47,495 nt of DNA, from assembly GCA_944388675.1 (NCBI GenBank), contig CALXJR010000002.1, positions 1 to 47,495 of the forward strand. The letters are read 5' to 3'. Below, piece by piece: positions 29,323 to 37,661 of the stretch. The stretch comes from an uncultured Clostridia bacterium. Lineage in GTDB: Bacteria > Bacillota > Clostridia > TANB77 > CAG-508. Positions within the stretch are counted from its first letter, which is position 1. Each line of letters starts with the position of its first letter. The position numbers were made by a program, and so were the translations under genes. Below the pieces are notes generated by a model, which was not told the origin of the DNA, did no database searches, and saw nothing but the letters and a program-made list of their open reading frames with translations.

Positions 29323-30327
29323 TTAATATAAATAATTTTGTGGATTTTGAGCAACTCCATTCACTCTTATTTCTAAATGTAAGTGATTTCCTGTTGAATC
29401 ACCAGTTGAGCCTACTCTTGCAATTAATTGTCCCTGTGATACTTGTTGTCCAACAGTTGCCACTAGTGAGCTACAATGTGCATATACTGTTTGAACTCCA
29501 TTACCATGGTTTATAATTATGTAATTTCCATATCCTCCATTATATCCATATGATGATACTGTAACTGTACCTGCTGCAGCTGCATAAATTGGAGTTCCTT
29601 TTGCTGTACCTATATCTATTCCTTTATGGTTATTTCTACTACGAGGTCCAAATCTTGATGTTATTACTCCAGTTGTTGGTCTTATTAAACTAATTCCTAA
29701 ATTTACTTTTTTACTCGATGTATTCATAGATGAAGGTGGTATACCACTTCCACTTGAAGACTTTGCAACTTTAACTACTGGTTTTGCTTTATACAATTCA
29801 TTCACACATGTATCAACTTGTGCAAATTCTTTCATCTCTGTATTATAAATTTCTTCTATAGTTATCTTATCACTATTTGTACTTTCCTTCTCTTTTAATT
29901 GATTTAGTACATCTTCTGCTTCATCAAAAGTAGCAAGATAATATTTTGTTTCTCCATCTTCCAATATTGCATAATATCTATAATAAGTTGTACTATTTTG
30001 CATTACTTTATTATATATTGCATCATCATCTGTTTCTACATCTCTTTTTAATAGGCATAATTGATATTCTGGCATAATATCAACTTGTTTAAATGCTACA
30101 TTGGCACCATCACCTTGTTTAATTGCTTCATTTATTCTAGTTTGTAATTGACTTTTATTTTTTGTGTATCCTATAAACTCACCATTTAATGTTACACTAT
30201 ATGTGGGCTTAAAAAAATAGGCAACTAATGCAAATATCATTACTGCTCCTATTAAAATTAATAAAGTAAATTTTACAGATTTTCTTATATGTGTTACTGA
30301 TTTTTTTAATACGTTAATAATAAACAA
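29323..30327 (-). CDS. M23/LytM-family metallopeptidase, membrane anchored
   Basis: 334 aa. Motifs HKGIDIG, GNYIIINHGNGVQTVYAH, GSTGDSTGNHLHLEI. Has an N-terminal TM segment. The start is uncertain because the TTG directly abuts the AAGGAG SD. Confidence 0.85.
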   Translation of the reverse strand: MFIINVLKKSVTHIRKSVKFTLLILIGAVMIFALVAYFFKPTYSVTLNGEFIGYTKNKSQLQTRINEAIKQGDGANVAFKQVDIMPEYQLCLLKRDVETDDDAIYNKVMQNSTTYYRYYAILEDGETKYYLATFDEAEDVLNQLKEKESTNSDKITIEEIYNTEMKEFAQVDTCVNELYKAKPVVKVAKSSSGSGIPPSSMNTSSKKVNLGISLIRPTTGVITSRFGPRSRNNHKGIDIGTAKGTPIYAAAAGTVTVSSYGYNGGYGNYIIINHGNGVQTVYAHCSSLVATVGQQVSQGQLIARVGSTGDSTGNHLHLEIRVNGVAQNPQNYLY

Positions 30328-31196
30328 CTCCTTTACTTTTTTTGTCCTAATTATTCTATATTATTTTTTTAAAATAAACAAGTCTTTTTTTAATATTTAT
30401 TATTATTTTTTATTATTTTTATTAATTAAAACAATTAATTTTTATTAATTGAATTTTAATAAATTAATTATTTATTTTTATAATTTATTTATTAATTATT
30501 TTTTAATTTATTTTATTTATTATTTTTAATTATTATTTTCTAATTTTATTTTTGATTTTATTTTTTGTTTTATTTTTATCCTTTATTTAGTACTAAATAT
30601 ATAATTAACTAAATATTAATTTATAAATTTTCTTATATTATGATATAAAAAAATGTTAAATTTTTAGTATAGATTTTCTTGTTTAATTTAAGTATTATGT
30701 AACTTGTTTTTTTAATCATTTTATTATCCAAAAAATACTTTTATTAAAATTACATCTTTTTATTTTCTTTTATTTCGATTATTAATTTATAAAATATTTT
30801 TAATTTTGATTCCAAATAGATTTCAAATTTTCTTTAAAATATGATAAAATGCACTATGATTATGTTTACTAAATAATATTTTGACATTTACTTATAAAAT
30901 AAACTTTTTATCCAGATAACCGTATATTTAAAGATGTTTTTTTAGGTATGTTTTTAGGTCTATTTTTTATACTCTACCTTTTAATTTCTTAAATCTGTCT
31001 TTTTTCTTGCTCTGTATTAGTCACTTAATATATAATGTAAATTATTATTTTTGTGTTTATGTGTGTTTACTTATTATGTATATTATATATTTTTCAGTTA
31101 TTTCCATTTTTAGGAAATCATTTTTCTCTTTTAGATTCTACTTTTATCTCTTTTGTTTTTTTACTTCTTAATGATTTTCTTAAACCTTTAACACAA

Positions 31197-31262
31197 TTTC
31201 TATTAAGAATTTTTATTAATAATATTTAATTTCTATTAAGAATTTTTATTAATAATATTTAA
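31197..31262. repeat. Perfect 33-bp tandem duplication
   Basis: tttctattaagaatttttattaataatatttaa occurs twice, back to back (31197-31229 and 31230-31262). Confidence 0.9.
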
Positions 31263-31503
31263 TTTTTATTAATTAAATATTTATTAATTATTAGTTTAAT
31301 AATTTTTTGAATTTATTATATTTTTTTATTTTATATTTTATTATTAATTTATTTTTAATTATTTAAATTTTAATATTATAATTTTTTATTATTATTTTTT
31401 ATTTATTATTTTATTATTATATTTTTTATTATTATTTTTATTTATTAATTTTTTATTATTTATTTTATATCAATTATTTAATTTAATATTTATTAAAATA
31501 AAT

Positions 31504-31528
31504 AAAGAAACCTAAATAAGGTTTCTTT
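31504..31528 (-). terminator. Terminator of the CotF-like operon
   Basis: aaagaaacc-taaataa-ggtttcttt lies 5 nt after the stop. U-rich sequence follows on the minus strand. Confidence 0.6.
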
Positions 31529-31533
31529 TAATT

Positions 31534-31776
31534 TTATTGTAATTCTGTTTTTACTGTTTGTATCTCTGTTGGAGTTGCTTGAGCTGCTGGTTTATAATAT
31601 CCTTTTGCTTGTGCTATTTTAAATAATTCATATTGAAAACTTTCATCATTATTTCTTATTTGTTGTATTGTTTGTCTTAATTGCATATTTTCAGCCTCAG
31701 TTATAACTCCTTGGTATGTTGTAAGACTAGATTTTACACCATCTAATATATCATTAACCATTGTTTTTTCGTCCAT
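31534..31776 (-). CDS. Spore coat protein F (CotF)-like protein
   Basis: 80 aa from ATG 31776 (TAGGAGGT SD 6 nt upstream). The pattern DILDGVKSSLTTYQGVITEAENMQLRQTIQQIRNNDESFQYELFKIAQAKGYY is Coat_F-like. Confidence 0.65.
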   Translation of the reverse strand: MDEKTMVNDILDGVKSSLTTYQGVITEAENMQLRQTIQQIRNNDESFQYELFKIAQAKGYYKPAAQATPTEIQTVKTELQ

Positions 31777-31787
31777 CACTATACCTC

Positions 31788-31976
31788 CTATATATTTAAA
31801 AATGACATTAATTTTTGTTTTGTGTTTAAAGCGTCTTGAGCTGATTTAGTAAATATTTGTTTAATTTGTGGATCAACTGCTTGTGAGGCATAAGTGTTTA
31901 GTTTTTGATATGATGTTTCATGTGCTCCTATTAAATGACGTAAATTTTGTAACTCTACTTGTGTTAAATTTGACAT
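31788..31976 (-). CDS. Small helical protein co-transcribed with the CotF-like gene (putative spore-coat associated)
   Basis: 62 aa with an AAAGGAAG SD. Its stop overlaps the SD of the next gene. Confidence 0.5.
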   Translation of the reverse strand: MSNLTQVELQNLRHLIGAHETSYQKLNTYASQAVDPQIKQIFTKSAQDALNTKQKLMSFLNI

Positions 31977-32052
31977 TTTTATAACTTCCTTTCTATGTTT
32001 TTTCTAGTCTTTATTATTTACAAATTAATTAATTTTATACATTTTTTGAAAG

Positions 32053-32610
32053 TTATAATAATATTTTTTGTATTTCATTCCAATTATTTACTCTAACCAA
32101 ATTATTTTTCTTTAATTCTTCATCTGGAATATTTCTGTTATGATATGCAGTAAATAATAATTTTAATTCTGCATCTCCATCAAGGTTTGATGGTTTATCA
32201 TCTATTTTTATTTGACATTCTACAATTTCTTTATTGCTTGTAAAAATATATTGTTCTGGTTGTATAAATGGAAAATTTTTAATTAAATAATCAAATTTAT
32301 TTTTCAATAATTCAGATGATTTTTCTTTATCATCTCTAAATATGTATGCTGTTGTTATATATAGTTCATATTTTTTATTTAGTTCTTCCAGAACATTATA
32401 TGCATTTGGTAAGACTTGAGTATAATCATATATATTTTTTTGTGCAAAGAATTTTGCCCAATCACTCATCTTTTCTTTTGGTATTAAATCTTGAATATAA
32501 TATGTATGAATATCTTCTTCTTTATAATTAGTTCCTAAAAAATCATTTACAAGTTTTAGGAATCCTCCTCCACATATTACATCATCCATATCTATCATTA
32601 ATTTTTTCAT
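32053..32610 (-). CDS. HAD-superfamily 5'(3')-deoxyribonucleotidase (NT5C-like)
   Basis: 185 aa with an N-terminal DxDxV motif (IDMDDV). Size and layout fit NT5C. Confidence 0.5.
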   Translation of the reverse strand: MKKLMIDMDDVICGGGFLKLVNDFLGTNYKEEDIHTYYIQDLIPKEKMSDWAKFFAQKNIYDYTQVLPNAYNVLEELNKKYELYITTAYIFRDDKEKSSELLKNKFDYLIKNFPFIQPEQYIFTSNKEIVECQIKIDDKPSNLDGDAELKLLFTAYHNRNIPDEELKKNNLVRVNNWNEIQKILL

Positions 32611-32674
32611 TTTTTTGTAAATGTGCTTTTATTAGCTTACATTTTCTCCTTTCTAAATTTTTATATAAATTAAT

Positions 32675-32705
32675 GGGTGAAAATTATTTTCACCCTATTT
32701 TTTTT
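32675..32705 (-). terminator. Hairpin just after the pcrA stop (possible terminator, atypical orientation)
   Basis: gggtgaaa-attat-tttcaccc. The long T-run is on the + strand side, while the minus-strand downstream sequence is only moderately U-rich. Confidence 0.35.
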
Positions 32706-35013
32706 AAAGTATTTCAAGACCTGCAAATTTTGCCATTAATCTTTTATGACCAACTTTATCAAATTGTAAGTCTACTTTTAGGTCGTCATCTTCTCTTTCC
32801 AGTTTTGTAATAACACCTTCTCCAAATTTTTTGTGATATACTCTTTGACCTACCTGATATTTTGATAAATCTACTTCTTCATTTTTATTCTTTAATGTAT
32901 TTAAGAAACTTTCTGCAGTTCTATATTGGAAATTAGATTTTGGCTTTTGTTCAATTGATGTTGCAGCAACTTGCGGCTGTTGTTCTTCAATTTTATATGT
33001 TTTAACTGATTGACCTTTTCCATAGCTCCATCTATATCCAAAATCCTTAAACTCATCGTCATTTGAGTTATTTCTTTCTACAACTTCAGCATAGCCTTCT
33101 AATAGTTCTTCTGGGATTTCTTTAACAAATCTTGATACTTGATTATAGCTTGTTGAACCAAATATTGTTCTATGTTTTGCACAAGTTAAATATAGATATT
33201 GTTTTGCTCTTGTAATTCCTACATAGAATAATCTTCTTTCTTCCTCTAGCTCTTTTGGTTCACCTATTGATTTATAGCCTGGGAATATTCCTTCTTCCAT
33301 TCCAACTAAGAAGACTACTGGGAATTCTAGTCCTTTTGCACTATGTAACGTCATTAATGTTACAGAATCTTCTTGGTCTTCTAGATTATCTATATCACTT
33401 GAAAGTGTAATGTTCTCTAAGAACTCTGCTAAAGTATTATCTGCAGATTGCTCCTCAAACTCTATTGCAACTGTTAAAAATTCCTCTAAGTTTTCAATTC
33501 TAGTTTCCGCTTCCACACTATTTTCTAGCTCTAATGCTTTTGTGTAACCAGTGCTTTTTAAGGTTTCTTTTATTAAATCTGATATTTTTAATTCATCTTT
33601 TTTATTTCTTAATTCTTCTATCTGATTAATAAAATCTCTTGAACTTAAATATACTCTATTTAATTCATATTCTTGTGCATTTTTTATAATTTCATACATT
33701 GATACACCGGTTTTATCAGATATTTCTTGTATTTTATCTAAGCTAGTTTTACCAATTCCACGTTTTGGTTCATTTATAATTCTTCTTAAAGATAAATTAT
33801 CTGCTGTGTTGTGAATTAATCTTAAATACGCGATTATATCTTTAATTTCCTTTCTCTCATAGAACTTCAAACCACCAATTACTTTGTATGGAACTTGCTC
33901 CCTCATAAGAATATCTTCTATTGCTCTTGATTGTGCATTCATTCTATATAATACTGTAAAGTCTGAGTATTTGTAATATTCTTCTGTTTTTAAGTGATTT
34001 ATCTGTTCTACAATATACCTTGCTTCATCATATTCATCTTCTCCACAATATATGCAAGGAATATGCCCCTCTTCATTTTCAGTCCATAATTTTTTGTCAT
34101 ATTTATTTTCATTATGCTTTATAACAGCATTTGCAGTTTTTAATATATTACCTGTACATCTATAATTTTGCTCTAATTTAATTATTTTAGTGCCTGGAAA
34201 GTCTCTTTCAAAATTCAATATATTGGTAATATCTGCTCCTCTAAAGCTATATATACCTTGGTCATTATCTCCAACTGCTGTAATATTTCCATATCTTGAT
34301 GCAAATAATGATACAAGAGTAAATTGTGCTTTGTTTGTATCTTGATACTCATCTACTAAAACATATTTAAATTTTTCTGTATAGTATTCTAAAACATCTG
34401 GATTTTCTGTTAATATTTTAATTGTAAAATTAATTATATCATCAAAATCTATTGCATTATTTTCTCTTAATTTACTTTGATATAATTCATAAATTTCTGC
34501 AATTTTTTCTTTTCTAAAATCTCCTGCATATTTTACAGAATAAGCTTTAGGCTCTAGCATTTCATTTTTTCCATTACTTATTTCTGAAAGTACTGCTCTA
34601 TCTGTAAACATTTTATCATCTACTTTTAATGCTTTTAAACACTCTTTTACAAGTGTTCTTTGGTCTGATGTATCAAATATTACGAAATCCGATTTATAAC
34701 CTATTCTATCTATATATCTTCTTAATATACGTACACAAATAGAATGGAATGTACCCATCCATACATCCTTTGCATCATCACCTATTAACTTTTCTATTCT
34801 TTCTTTCATCTCATTTGCAGCTTTCTTTGTAAATGTTATTGCAAGTATATTCCAGGGTTTAACACCATTTGCAATAAGATATGCTATTTTATGTGTTAAT
34901 ACTTTAGTCTTTCCGCTTCCAGCACCTGCTATTACTAAGCAAGGTCCTTCAGTAGCTAGTACTGCTTCTTTTTGTCTATTATTTAATCCTTGTATAATTT
35001 CTTCTTTTTCCAC
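32704..35013 (-). CDS. pcrA: ATP-dependent DNA helicase PcrA (UvrD family)
   Basis: 769 aa with a GTG start. Motifs: Walker A AGAGSGKT, DEYQDT, and the characteristic C-terminal Tudor-like tail YQVGQRVYHKKFGEGVI. Confidence 0.9.
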   Translation of the reverse strand: MEKEEIIQGLNNRQKEAVLATEGPCLVIAGAGSGKTKVLTHKIAYLIANGVKPWNILAITFTKKAANEMKERIEKLIGDDAKDVWMGTFHSICVRILRRYIDRIGYKSDFVIFDTSDQRTLVKECLKALKVDDKMFTDRAVLSEISNGKNEMLEPKAYSVKYAGDFRKEKIAEIYELYQSKLRENNAIDFDDIINFTIKILTENPDVLEYYTEKFKYVLVDEYQDTNKAQFTLVSLFASRYGNITAVGDNDQGIYSFRGADITNILNFERDFPGTKIIKLEQNYRCTGNILKTANAVIKHNENKYDKKLWTENEEGHIPCIYCGEDEYDEARYIVEQINHLKTEEYYKYSDFTVLYRMNAQSRAIEDILMREQVPYKVIGGLKFYERKEIKDIIAYLRLIHNTADNLSLRRIINEPKRGIGKTSLDKIQEISDKTGVSMYEIIKNAQEYELNRVYLSSRDFINQIEELRNKKDELKISDLIKETLKSTGYTKALELENSVEAETRIENLEEFLTVAIEFEEQSADNTLAEFLENITLSSDIDNLEDQEDSVTLMTLHSAKGLEFPVVFLVGMEEGIFPGYKSIGEPKELEEERRLFYVGITRAKQYLYLTCAKHRTIFGSTSYNQVSRFVKEIPEELLEGYAEVVERNNSNDDEFKDFGYRWSYGKGQSVKTYKIEEQQPQVAATSIEQKPKSNFQYRTAESFLNTLKNKNEEVDLSKYQVGQRVYHKKFGEGVITKLEREDDDLKVDLQFDKVGHKRLMAKFAGLEIL

Positions 35014-35052
35014 TTTGTTTCAACTCCAAATCTTTTATTTTCCCCTTTTCGC

Positions 35053-35081
35053 ATTATATAAAAAATGTCCCTAAAAGTCAA
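35053..35081 (-). promoter_or_regulatory. Sigma-A type promoter of pcrA
   Basis: Minus strand reads TTGACT - 17 nt - TATAAT. Confidence 0.6.
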
Positions 35082-35091
35082 CCACTTTTAA

Positions 35092-35103
35092 GAACATTTG
35101 TTT
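35092..35103. promoter_or_regulatory. LexA (Cheo/SOS) box upstream of pcrA
   Basis: GAACATTTGTTT has one mismatch to GAAC-N4-GTTC. It lies 10 nt upstream of the -35. The same 11-mer gaacatttgtt occurs upstream of the yhaO-like promoter. Confidence 0.55.
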
Positions 35104-35185
35104 TATTTTCACCCATTTCAGACGGTCTTTTTTATTATTAAATTAATATTTTGCAAAAAAGTACCGTAACAAATGGGTGAAGTAA

Positions 35186-35647
35186 TTATATCTTTTCTAT
35201 TATTTTTTCTAGTGCATCATATATTTCTTTTGCGCACTTTCTATAAACTTCTATTGGATACCCCCATGGATCTTCAATGTCTTTATCTTGTATATCTGGA
35301 CCATATGCATATTCTTTTATTGTAAATATTTTGTGGTCTAACTCTGGATACCAATATTCAACTGTTGTTAGTTGTGCATGTGTTGCACATAGTATTAAAT
35401 CCATATCTTTTATATTAGAGTCTTTTATATTTACAGATTTATGTTGTAATAAATTAACATCATAATCTTCTTTCATTACTATTATTGCTTCATCTGTAGA
35501 ATATTCCCCTGTTGATGCATGCAAGCCTGATGAATATACTTCTACATCTGTTCTGTTTCTGTCTTGTAGCATTTTTTTAAATAAACCTTCTGCCATTGCA
35601 CTTCTACATGTGTTTCCTGTACATATAAACATTACTTTTTTACTCAT
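35186..35647 (-). CDS. Low-molecular-weight protein tyrosine/arginine phosphatase
   Basis: 153 aa with the CX5R(S) P-loop FICTGNTCRSAMAE. Confidence 0.85.
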   Translation of the reverse strand: MSKKVMFICTGNTCRSAMAEGLFKKMLQDRNRTDVEVYSSGLHASTGEYSTDEAIIVMKEDYDVNLLQHKSVNIKDSNIKDMDLILCATHAQLTTVEYWYPELDHKIFTIKEYAYGPDIQDKDIEDPWGYPIEVYRKCAKEIYDALEKIIEKI

Positions 35648-35679
35648 AATATATCTTCCTTTTATTTTAATTTGTATTG

Positions 35680-35708
35680 ATTATACATTATAGATTGGCA
35701 AAAGTAAA
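35680..35708 (-). promoter_or_regulatory. Candidate promoter of the LMW phosphatase gene
   Basis: Minus strand reads TTTACT - 17 nt - TATAAT, starting right after the upstream gene's stop. Confidence 0.4.
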
Positions 35709-35710
35709 TG

Positions 35711-36277
35711 CTAATTCCACTCAAAACCAAAATCACTTCTTTTTATTTTACACATTTCTCCATTACCACGGTAAAATACAATTCCTTCTATATAGTGTTC
35801 CTTCAAATATTCTTTTATTCCCTCATAATCTCTTGGTACGTTTTCTAATATTCTTTTTCCATGTTTCTCTAGAATATCTGTATCTAAATTATATGGATTG
35901 CAATTTATGTGTCTTCCAATTAATTCATATGTTCCTTCTTCTAAATTATCATCTTTTTGCCTTTCAAATGCTTCTAAGTAATATTTAGCATTAGGGTCGT
36001 CTTCAGTACATAAAAGCCAATGTGGAAAATGTCCTGTTATTGGGTCTGGTTGTTCTTGGCAAGGGATTGCACCTTTTGGAAGAGTTCTTCCTTTTTTATA
36101 ATCATATCTTCTATAAATTTTCCCTTTCTTTATTAGACAACATGTCCCATCTAATTTTTCTGTTGCATATCCTTCTCCATCTAATACCCATTTACACTCT
36201 GGCTCTACTTCATTCAAACACTTTGCTATTTTATGGTTTTCAAATTGTCTTTTAAAAAGTGTTTTCATTTTTTTCAT
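35711..36277 (-). CDS. Minimal ATP-dependent ligase-like nucleotidyltransferase, RLIG1/C12orf29 (DUF5565)-like
   Basis: 188 aa. Covalent nucleotidyltransferase motifs: I EKLDGT (KxDG), III/IIIa YELIG, IV EGIVFY, V CKIKRSDFG. The motifs EKLDGTCC.., ELIG..IN.NPY.L and IEGIV....G...K match my recollection of human RLIG1. Confidence 0.55.
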   Translation of the reverse strand: MKKMKTLFKRQFENHKIAKCLNEVEPECKWVLDGEGYATEKLDGTCCLIKKGKIYRRYDYKKGRTLPKGAIPCQEQPDPITGHFPHWLLCTEDDPNAKYYLEAFERQKDDNLEEGTYELIGRHINCNPYNLDTDILEKHGKRILENVPRDYEGIKEYLKEHYIEGIVFYRGNGEMCKIKRSDFGFEWN

Positions 36278-36284
36278 AATTATA

Positions 36285-37523
36285 TCATCCCTTATAATTT
36301 TCTATATTTAAACCTATTTTGTCTTTAGTATCTAATAGCCAATCTATAACATTAATTTTTCTTATTCCATTATAATCAGCTTCTAAGTCTCTATCCATTG
36401 TTAGTAAATATCTAGGATAAAAATCGTCTGTCATTTGCAATGGTTTTAACTCTCTTTCCAAAGTTTTTTCATCTCTAGTTGTTAATGAAACCTGATAATA
36501 CTCTAGTCCATTTTTATTTTCTGCAACAAAATCTATCTCTAAATTATCTATCTTTCCTGTATATACCCTGTAGCCTCTTCTAAGTAATTCTAAATATACT
36601 ATATTTTCTAAAATGTGCCCCATATCTTGACCTGCTTTTTTTCCAAGCATATGCGTTCTAAATCCCATATCTACTACGTAATATTTATATCCACTAGAAA
36701 GAACATTTTTACCTTTTATATCAAATCTATCAACTTTATATATTAAAAATGCATCTATTAGTGCAGTAATGTAATTCTCTACTGTATGGTTACTTGTAGC
36801 TCTATTCATACTAGTTAATGTATCACTTATTTTTTTAGTACTTATTTGACTACCTATATTATTAAAAATATATTTTATTATACTTTCCAATAACATTTTA
36901 TTGTTTATATTATTTCTCTGCATTACATCTTTGTATATAACAGTTGAGAACACCCCATCTATATACGTTTCTATTAAGTCTGGATCTGTTTTAAAAAGCT
37001 CTACTGTTAGTGGTAATGAACCATATTTTAAATAGTTCAATAACTTTTCTTGTTTATCTACATTTACCTCAAATGCAGACATATATTCTTTAAAAGATAA
37101 CGGTAACATTTTTATTTCAACATATCTACCTGAAATTAATGTTGCCAAATCTCCTGACAATAGATAAGCATTTGAACCCGTTATATATAAATCAATATTT
37201 TTATTTATATATAAACTATCGATAGCCTTTTGGAAGCCTTCTATACGTTGTACTTCATCGATAAACACATAATTTTTTCTACTATTATCTATTCTTTCTT
37301 TTATATAATTATATAATTCCTTATAATCTTCAAAATTATAATCCTGACTTTCAAGATTTATTTTTATTATTTGTTTATCTTGAATACTATGTTCTTTAAG
37401 ATATTTAATATATATATCAAATAAAGTAGACTTGCCACATCTCCTAATTCCTGTCACGATCTTTATTAAATCTTTGTCTTTAAAATCTAATAGTTTTTTT
37501 AAATAATCATCTCTTTCTATCAT
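36285..37523 (-). CDS. COG1373-type AAA+ ATPase (AAA_14 + DUF4143 architecture)
   Basis: Walker A GIRRCGKST and Walker B VFIDEVQ. The start is set at ATG 37523 (GAGGTG SD 7 nt upstream). The track's upstream TTG start lies upstream of the predicted TSS. Confidence 0.75.
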   Translation of the reverse strand: MIERDDYLKKLLDFKDKDLIKIVTGIRRCGKSTLFDIYIKYLKEHSIQDKQIIKINLESQDYNFEDYKELYNYIKERIDNSRKNYVFIDEVQRIEGFQKAIDSLYINKNIDLYITGSNAYLLSGDLATLISGRYVEIKMLPLSFKEYMSAFEVNVDKQEKLLNYLKYGSLPLTVELFKTDPDLIETYIDGVFSTVIYKDVMQRNNINNKMLLESIIKYIFNNIGSQISTKKISDTLTSMNRATSNHTVENYITALIDAFLIYKVDRFDIKGKNVLSSGYKYYVVDMGFRTHMLGKKAGQDMGHILENIVYLELLRRGYRVYTGKIDNLEIDFVAENKNGLEYYQVSLTTRDEKTLERELKPLQMTDDFYPRYLLTMDRDLEADYNGIRKINVIDWLLDTKDKIGLNIENYKG

Positions 37524-37541
37524 AATTTTCACCTCACATAT

Positions 37542-37570
37542 ATTATACTGCAATTATCTCTTTGCGTCAA
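37542..37570 (-). promoter_or_regulatory. Sigma-A type promoter of the ATPase-ligase operon
   Basis: Minus strand reads TTGACG - 17 nt - TATAAT. The leader is very short. Confidence 0.6.
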
Positions 37571-37661
37571 TAAGCGTTGGAAGAATATTTCCAACACTTA
37601 TTATATACTTGATGTATTGGAAGTATTGTCTAAGTTATTATCTTTTTTGTATTTAATTAAT

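Larger units (their letters stand above)
30328..31533. other. 1.2-kb gene-free, extremely A/T-rich intergenic region
   Basis: No ORF of 60 aa or more on either strand. Hand count: 3 G/C in 31261-31500 (240 nt) and 3 G/C in 30421-30540 (120 nt). Two nearly pure A/T blocks flank a ~600-bp central part of more ordinary composition. Confidence 0.8.

Noticed and set aside
30724-30916. DnaA-box-like 9-mers (ttatccaaa at 30724-30732, ttatccaga at 30908-30916) in the A/T-rich desert, suggesting an origin
   Set aside because: There are only two boxes, each with a mismatch. No dnaA/dnaN or rep gene is nearby. In such A/T-rich DNA near-matches are expected by chance.
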